Shown here one piece after another: positions 57,958 to 64,000 of a DNA stretch of 64,000 nt (position 1 is the stretch's first letter; every line of letters starts with the position of its first letter). The translations under genes were made by a program, and so were the position numbers. The stretch lies in assembly GCA_965222605.1 (NCBI GenBank), contig OZ244960.1, positions 5,824,001 through 5,888,000 of the forward strand, given 5' to 3'. The notes under the pieces were generated by a model. It was not told where the DNA came from. It worked only from the letters and a program-made list of their open reading frames with translations, and did not search any database. This stretch comes from Candidatus Latescibacterota bacterium. GTDB taxonomy: Bacteria; Latescibacterota; UBA2968.

Positions 57958-59754
57958 TCACCCAGTGTCTCTGATATCATCCAGGCCGAGGTAGCGCCTG
58001 TACATCTCTGCGTACTCACCCCCATTGCGAAGCAGTTCTGCGTGTGTACCTTGCTCGAGAATCTGACCTTCACCGAGAACGATGATCTGGTCGGCATTTG
58101 CCACTGTTGTGAGTCTGTGAGAGACCACGAATGTGGTGCGCCCTTCTGCCACGCGGTTCAAACTTTGCAAAAATCGCTGTTCTGTGGCGCTGTCCAGGGA
58201 TGATGTGGGTTCGTCCAGAATGAGAATTTTGGGATCGCGGACCATGGCTCGGGCAATCCCGATTCGCTGTTTCTGACCCCCTGAGATTCGCGTGCCTTCT
58301 CGGAGGTCGGTATCATATCCGTTCCGTTGGGATGAGGCAAATGCGTCTATATCCGCCAGTTGCGCGGCTCTTACCACCTCATCGTCAGATGCAGGGGGCC
58401 GGCCGAACAGGATATTTTCTTTAATTGTTCCGTTGAACAAATGCGTTTCCTGTAAGACCAGACCAACCTGGTCCTGATAGGTGCTTGATCTCACTTCTCT
58501 GAGGTCCTGGCCATCTATAATTACCCTGCCGGAATCCGGGTCGTATAGTCTGAGAAGCAGGTTCACAACCGTGGTTTTGCCCGATCCACTGTGTCCGACC
58601 AGAGCGATTTTTTGACCTGCCTGAACGGTGAAGCTCAGGTTGCGCAGGACCGGTGTGCCATCCTCGTAAGAAAAGGAGACATTGTCAAAGACGACATCGC
58701 CCCTGATAGGTGGCATTGCCGGTGCATTGCGACGGTCTGTAACAGCGGGAACCTGATCCAGTGTTTCGAGAATGCGCTCGGCGGGAACCATTGCAATGCG
58801 AACTTGCTGAAAATACCGAATCAGGACTTGAATGGGATTGGACAGGCGGTTCGTATAGGAGAAAATGGGGAAGACGGACCCATAGGAGAGGTTGCCTATA
58901 ATAACTTCTCTGAGGAAGTATAGTCTTATCAGTCGATTTTTAGCCCAGGGAAGCAAGCCGCTATTGCCCGCGAGTTCTCGTTCGATGGTACGCATATAGA
59001 ACAGGCGCATCGCGGCGCGGTACCCTTCGATGGTGAGATTAACATATCGCTTTACTTCGTGCCGGCGCCGGCCAAATGTCTGTACGACGGCTGCCCCGGC
59101 AACGCCTTCTTGAAGCCCGGCGTCGCGTGCCTGCCATCTCTCTCTTACGCGGCGATCGAATCTGCGCTGTATGGTCGCGATCTTCTGGGCGACCAGCCCG
59201 TATGGAATCGCGTAAATCAGAATGACCAGCGAGACCCGCCAATCCAACCAGGTGGTGAAGATGAGTATGAGTATGAACTCATAGACCGCCCGCAATGTCG
59301 CTGGCAAGATGTCCGTAATCATGCGCATTACAGCCCCCGTATCTGCGCTCGCCCGATACATGTGCTCGCCAATACCACGACTCTCGTAGAAGGTCATGGA
59401 GAGACGCTGGAGGTGGGTGAAGAAGTAAGTTTTGAGGGCTAAGCTCACGCGTAGATCTACGTAGTGATTGAGGATGGTCGTCATGGTACCGACCAATCTT
59501 TGAATCAGGACAAGCACAACATAGGCGGCAAAGATGCGGTAGAACAGGTTCCAATCTTGATTTGGAAATGCATCATCGATGAGAAACTTGCTCAGCCACG
59601 GATTCACAACCCGCAACGTGCTGACGACGATCGTGCCCATTACGACGAGCAGCGCCTTATCCCAGACCGGGATCATCAACCTGAGAAAACGCAGGAAGAC
59701 TCTTATAAGCGACTGTTTTACTCCCTTGCGGGGAGGGGGAAAATAGTTGAACAT
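57958..59754 (-). CDS. ABC exporter, fused TMD-NBD
   Basis: GHSGSGKT, ISGGQKQR, ILDE, SHRL. Confidence 0.92.
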   Translation of the reverse strand: MFNYFPPPRKGVKQSLIRVFLRFLRLMIPVWDKALLVVMGTIVVSTLRVVNPWLSKFLIDDAFPNQDWNLFYRIFAAYVVLVLIQRLVGTMTTILNHYVDLRVSLALKTYFFTHLQRLSMTFYESRGIGEHMYRASADTGAVMRMITDILPATLRAVYEFILILIFTTWLDWRVSLVILIYAIPYGLVAQKIATIQRRFDRRVRERWQARDAGLQEGVAGAAVVQTFGRRRHEVKRYVNLTIEGYRAAMRLFYMRTIERELAGNSGLLPWAKNRLIRLYFLREVIIGNLSYGSVFPIFSYTNRLSNPIQVLIRYFQQVRIAMVPAERILETLDQVPAVTDRRNAPAMPPIRGDVVFDNVSFSYEDGTPVLRNLSFTVQAGQKIALVGHSGSGKTTVVNLLLRLYDPDSGRVIIDGQDLREVRSSTYQDQVGLVLQETHLFNGTIKENILFGRPPASDDEVVRAAQLADIDAFASSQRNGYDTDLREGTRISGGQKQRIGIARAMVRDPKILILDEPTSSLDSATEQRFLQSLNRVAEGRTTFVVSHRLTTVANADQIIVLGEGQILEQGTHAELLRNGGEYAEMYRRYLGLDDIRDTG

Positions 59755-59954
59755 CGTCTGGTCTTACCTGTTCAATATACGCGCGTGGATTTCTCCCAAA
59801 GATACCACAATTAGGCGAAGATATGTTTGTATGTCAATTGGATTCTCGGTTTTGCTGAAGAACAGAAAACAATTGCGTCTGGTAAAAAATTAACTTTTTT
59901 ATACAGTAGTCTATATGTTGTGACACATTCATTACGTCTGTGGGAGCCTGCTTC

Positions 59955-62405
59955 ATGTTTAACTTGATTGGAAATTACGCCAAAATTGCTATCAGAAATT
60001 TGATGCGCAACAAAGTGTATTCCGCGCTCAATATCCTCGGTCTTGGGATCGCCATGTCCTGCTGTCTTTTGATTGTATTGTTTTTACAACGCGAACTGCA
60101 ATACGATCACAGATATGAAAAGGGAGATCGCATCTACAAGGTCGTGCGAGAAATAAATATCCAGGGAGGGTCCCGCAATTTTTCCTGGGGTACGTCGGGA
60201 TCTTTGGGACCCGCGTTGAAACGCGATTTTCCCGAAGTAGAGTCAGCCGTTCGAATATGGCCCTGGAGCGTGAAGGTCGAACGCGAGAATGTTTTATTTC
60301 CCACACGCCTCAATCTCGTTGACAAACATGTGTTTGACGTATTTGAAGCTGAATTTGTTCAAGGCAGCGCACAGGTGGCTTTTGAAGATCCAACGAGTAT
60401 TGTGATTACCGAGAGAATGGCGAATCGCATCTACGGCGAAGAAAACCCGATGGGCAGGGTGCTCACCGTTGTCAATTCTATCTTTGGCGGAGACTATATT
60501 GTGCGGGGCGTGTTGAAAGATCGCTTCGATCCCACCACAATCCCATTTAATATGTTCGTATCGCGAGACCCCAATGCCCAATGGAGGAACAAATGGCACG
60601 TCTGGGATCCGGCTGCAGGTTTTCGACCGATACAAACATATATTTTGCTTCAAGAAGGTGTTTCTCCCAAAACATTGGAACAAAAATTTCCGGATTTTAT
60701 AAAGCGCTATATGGGCGCAGAGATCCAAAAATACAATGCGTATCATCTTCAACCTTTGCATCGGGTCTATTTGCATTCGCGTGCGGATTACGACATCAAG
60801 AGCTTTGGCGATATCGATCAACTCTATACGATGTGTGTGATTGCCGCATTTATTCTGATCATTGCCTGCGTGAACTTTATGAATCTGGCGACAGCCCAAT
60901 CAGTCCGGCGCGCAAGAGAGGTGGGCTTGCGAAAGGTGGTCGGTGCCAGTCGCGGTCAGTTGATCCAGCAATTTCTGGGAGAATCCCTGATTGTCGCAGG
61001 TCTCGCGTTGTTGCTGGCAATTATTGTCGCCCGGGCGGCACTGCCCGTGTTTAATGATTTGATCCAGCAAAATCTGGTATTAGATCTCAAGGCATATATG
61101 ACTTTGATCCCGGCATTGATCGGCGTGGTACTGGTATCTGGAATACTCGCCGGAGGTTATCCCGCCTTTGTTTTGTCTGCCTGGCAACCGATTGATACAT
61201 TAAAGAGCCAGATCCAGTCCAGATCGGGGGGATCCTGGTTCTGGAAGGGTCTTGTGATATTCCAATTTTCAATTTCGATTTTTTTGATTGTGGGTACGAT
61301 GGTCGTGCGCAACCAGATCTCTTATATGCTGGATCGGGATCTGGGAGTTGATACAGAACATCTGGTCATGTTGCCCATTTTTACTTCGAGCCGGGAGGCG
61401 CATTTCGTTCACGCCAACCGCCTATCGTCGCGATACAGTACTGTGAAACAGTCGTTTTTGAGGCATCCCAATGTCATTGGGGCAACAGCATCTCAGTATC
61501 GTGCCTTCCCCAGCGGGGGTGGCTCGCGGCGCAAGCCCATTCGCCCAGAAGATTTGCCGGGGGATGACTGGTGGATTCTGATAAATGAGGTCGATGCAGA
61601 TTTTGTAAAGACCATGGGGATTGAACTCATTGCCGGCAAAAATTTTACCCCGGGCAAGGGCAATCCCCTCAGGGGATGGACGCGCGAATTTCTGATCAAT
61701 GAGTCGGCAGCCAAATTATTCGGCTGGGATAATCCCATTGGCAAACAGATTCAGAGGCTGGATGGGGGCGGCGGCACGGGAACTGTTGTGGGCGTGTTTA
61801 AGGATTACCATTTTGATTCCTTAAAAGAAAAAATTGCGCCTCTCGCATTTATTCAGTGGGCCAGGCTATATGCGTATTTAACGCTTAAAGTAAAGGGTGG
61901 GCAGTTTGTAGAAACGATGGATTTTTTGGAAAAGGAATGGTATAAGTTCGTTCCCAATGAAGCGTTTAATCCCATTTTTATGGACGATGGATTTGCCTCT
62001 GCGTATCGGAATGAGCTTCGCCTGAGAAGAATTGCTGGCATTTCTTCATTGCTGGCGATTGTGGTGTGCTGTTTGGGTTTGTTCGGTTTGGCTGCTATCT
62101 CGGCCCAACGGCGCACAAAGGAGATTGGGGTACGCAAAGTGCTCGGTGCTTCTACAGGGCAAATTGTGACGATGTTTTCAGCCGAATTTGTCGTGCTGGT
62201 CGCGTTTGCCAGCCTCATTGCATGGCCTCTGGCTTATTACATGCTCAATGACTGGTTAGCCGATTTTGCCTACCGCATTGGTCTGGATATCTCAGTATTT
62301 GCATTGAGTAGTGTACTGGCTATTGTCATTGCTCTGGTCACGGTGAGTTATCAGGCATGGAGAGCGGCGCAGACCAATCCGATTGAGGCGCTTAAGTATG
62401 AGTGA
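59955..62405 (+). CDS. MacB/FtsX-family ABC permease (tandem, ~800 aa)
   Basis: KIAIRNL, IACVNFMNL...EVGLRKVVGA, RTKEIGVRKVLGA, NPIEALKYE. Confidence 0.92.
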   Translation: MFNLIGNYAKIAIRNLMRNKVYSALNILGLGIAMSCCLLIVLFLQRELQYDHRYEKGDRIYKVVREINIQGGSRNFSWGTSGSLGPALKRDFPEVESAVRIWPWSVKVERENVLFPTRLNLVDKHVFDVFEAEFVQGSAQVAFEDPTSIVITERMANRIYGEENPMGRVLTVVNSIFGGDYIVRGVLKDRFDPTTIPFNMFVSRDPNAQWRNKWHVWDPAAGFRPIQTYILLQEGVSPKTLEQKFPDFIKRYMGAEIQKYNAYHLQPLHRVYLHSRADYDIKSFGDIDQLYTMCVIAAFILIIACVNFMNLATAQSVRRAREVGLRKVVGASRGQLIQQFLGESLIVAGLALLLAIIVARAALPVFNDLIQQNLVLDLKAYMTLIPALIGVVLVSGILAGGYPAFVLSAWQPIDTLKSQIQSRSGGSWFWKGLVIFQFSISIFLIVGTMVVRNQISYMLDRDLGVDTEHLVMLPIFTSSREAHFVHANRLSSRYSTVKQSFLRHPNVIGATASQYRAFPSGGGSRRKPIRPEDLPGDDWWILINEVDADFVKTMGIELIAGKNFTPGKGNPLRGWTREFLINESAAKLFGWDNPIGKQIQRLDGGGGTGTVVGVFKDYHFDSLKEKIAPLAFIQWARLYAYLTLKVKGGQFVETMDFLEKEWYKFVPNEAFNPIFMDDGFASAYRNELRLRRIAGISSLLAIVVCCLGLFGLAAISAQRRTKEIGVRKVLGASTGQIVTMFSAEFVVLVAFASLIAWPLAYYMLNDWLADFAYRIGLDISVFALSSVLAIVIALVTVSYQAWRAAQTNPIEALKYE

Positions 62406-62417
62406 GGTATTCAACTC

Positions 62418-64000
62418 TCAATCGGCTGCATCGACGTCTGTGCCCAACTGCATCTGCTCATCCCATATTCTGCGGTAGAGGCCGTTTGCTGTTAGCAAGT
62501 CGTCGTGTGTACCGTTTTCGACGATTCTGCCCTGATCCAAAACGTAGATTCGGTCTGCTTTTTGAACTGTCATGAGTCTGTGAGAAACCATCACAGTGGT
62601 TCGCCCCTCCGATACGTTCCAGATTGTGTCCATGATGTGTTGTTCCGACCGAGAATCCAGGTTCGAAGTCGCCTCATCCAGAATGAGAACCGCGGGGTCC
62701 CTGATCAGGGCGCGGGCAATGCCTATTCTTTGCTTTTGTCCGCCGGATAATCTCGTTCCCTCTCCAATATCTCTTTCAAATCCCTCCGGGTGGGCGATGA
62801 CGCCGTCGTAAAGCGCGGCCATGCGCGCTGCTTCCTCCACATCTGCGTCCGAAGCCTTTAGATTTCCGTAGCGGATGTTCTCCCGAACAGTTCCAGAAAA
62901 TAAGAAGGTGTCTTGAAGCACAACGCCGAGTTGGTTGCGGTAGCTCAAGAGTCGGACGTTTTTCAGGTCGAGTCCATCTACGAGCACCGATCCAGTGGTG
63001 GGATCGTAAAGCCTCAAGATGAGGTATAGCAGCGAGGTCTTGCCCGAGCCGCTCGGTCCCACGAATGCGACGCGCGCTCCGGGACGGATTGTGATGTTGA
63101 TATTTTCCAGAACGGGCTGTCCCGATATGTATTCGAATCCCACATTTCTGAATTCGATTGTGCCGCTGAGGGACGGCATGGTGCTTGCATCGGGCGCATC
63201 GCTTATCTGGGGTTGAACGTCAAGGGTTTGCAGGACGCGCTCGGCCTGGACGAGTTGAAGGCGAATGCTCTGGATCAGCTTGATCATTCTCTCCATCGGG
63301 CCCTCAAATTGCCGGGCGAGGAAAAACACAACACTGAATTCTCCGATGCTCAACTCCCCGGTCATGGTGTAGTAACCCACGTAGAGCCACATCACTTTTT
63401 CCATGCCCTCAGAGAGAAACCACAGAACTCCCTGGTGCGTAAAGATATGTAGAACACGGTATTTGATCCAGTATCTGCGGTTCTCGATAAAAGTTGATGC
63501 ATATCGGCGGGCAGACCAGCGCATACGGCCGAAACCTTTGACGGTCTTGGTCGCGGCTATACCGTCTCTCAAGATCGTCCTCAGGTACTGTGCCTGCATT
63601 CTCATGTCCCATCGGACTCTCTGAAGGCGCGTGTAGAAATAGTGGGATAGGGCTGTGTAGGGAAAGGAGTAGAGAAAAATCAGTAATGTGAGCCAGGGAT
63701 CGACCAGACTGAGGATGATGCCCGTCCATATAATCCGGTAGGCTATGGTGATCGCATTGGGAACATCGTCGGTGATCATGGTGATCAGGCCACCTCCGAC
63801 GTCAGAGGTGCTGCGGTACATGTGTTCGCCGATGGGCCGACTCTGAAGAAAACCGAGGGAAAGTTTGTGGAGGTGGTTGTAGAAGACCGCGCGCAGGTGG
63901 ATGGTGACTTTCATGTCGATATACCACCCGATGATCCGCCGTGTCACCTGAGAGATATTCGAGATGACATACATCAGGAACATGATACCAAAGACAATAA
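62418..64000 (-). CDS. ABC exporter, fused TMD-NBD (5' end outside window)
   Basis: GPSGSGKT, LSGGQKQR, ILDEAT; frame open to the window edge. Confidence 0.9.
   Translation of the reverse strand, partial: IVFGIMFLMYVISNISQVTRRIIGWYIDMKVTIHLRAVFYNHLHKLSLGFLQSRPIGEHMYRSTSDVGGGLITMITDDVPNAITIAYRIIWTGIILSLVDPWLTLLIFLYSFPYTALSHYFYTRLQRVRWDMRMQAQYLRTILRDGIAATKTVKGFGRMRWSARRYASTFIENRRYWIKYRVLHIFTHQGVLWFLSEGMEKVMWLYVGYYTMTGELSIGEFSVVFFLARQFEGPMERMIKLIQSIRLQLVQAERVLQTLDVQPQISDAPDASTMPSLSGTIEFRNVGFEYISGQPVLENINITIRPGARVAFVGPSGSGKTSLLYLILRLYDPTTGSVLVDGLDLKNVRLLSYRNQLGVVLQDTFLFSGTVRENIRYGNLKASDADVEEAARMAALYDGVIAHPEGFERDIGEGTRLSGGQKQRIGIARALIRDPAVLILDEATSNLDSRSEQHIMDTIWNVSEGRTTVMVSHRLMTVQKADRIYVLDQGRIVENGTHDDLLTANGLYRRIWDEQMQLGTDVDAAD

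Overview
Bacterial chromosomal window, moderately GC-rich with AT-rich patches. The gene content (many Gfo/Idh/MocA and PhyH enzymes, a DUF6785-type membrane protein, LRR, Ig-like and FGE-sulfatase secreted proteins, a sulfatase) resembles sponge-associated Latescibacteria/Poribacteria-like lineages; this taxonomy is inference only. Core or metabolic blocks: 1-13.9 kb (oxidoreductases, a standalone IS200/IS605 tnpB, higBA, flippase), 28-36.5 kb (glnS, proS, tRNAs) and 52.5-64 kb (PhyH x3, sulfatase, ABC transporters). There are two accessory regions. (1) A ~13.7 kb island between convergent tRNA-Pro and tRNA-Gln. It has a cytoplasmic beta-propeller/Y_Y_Y-sigma54 activator, a consensus sigma54 promoter with palindromic upstream sites, and an array of secreted proteins. 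Three of these are C-type-lectin-fold (FGE-sulfatase) genes ending in DGR-type variable repeats, and one starts with an avd 5' fragment fused in frame. No RT or template repeat is present, so this is either a decapitated diversity-generating retroelement or a set of remote targets. (2) A type III R-M defence hotspot (36.6-52.5 kb) in which four toxin genes are broken while their partner genes stay intact. A family of ~30-45 bp hairpin mini-elements occurs five times, once at the expected catalytic Glu codon of an IS982 transposase.
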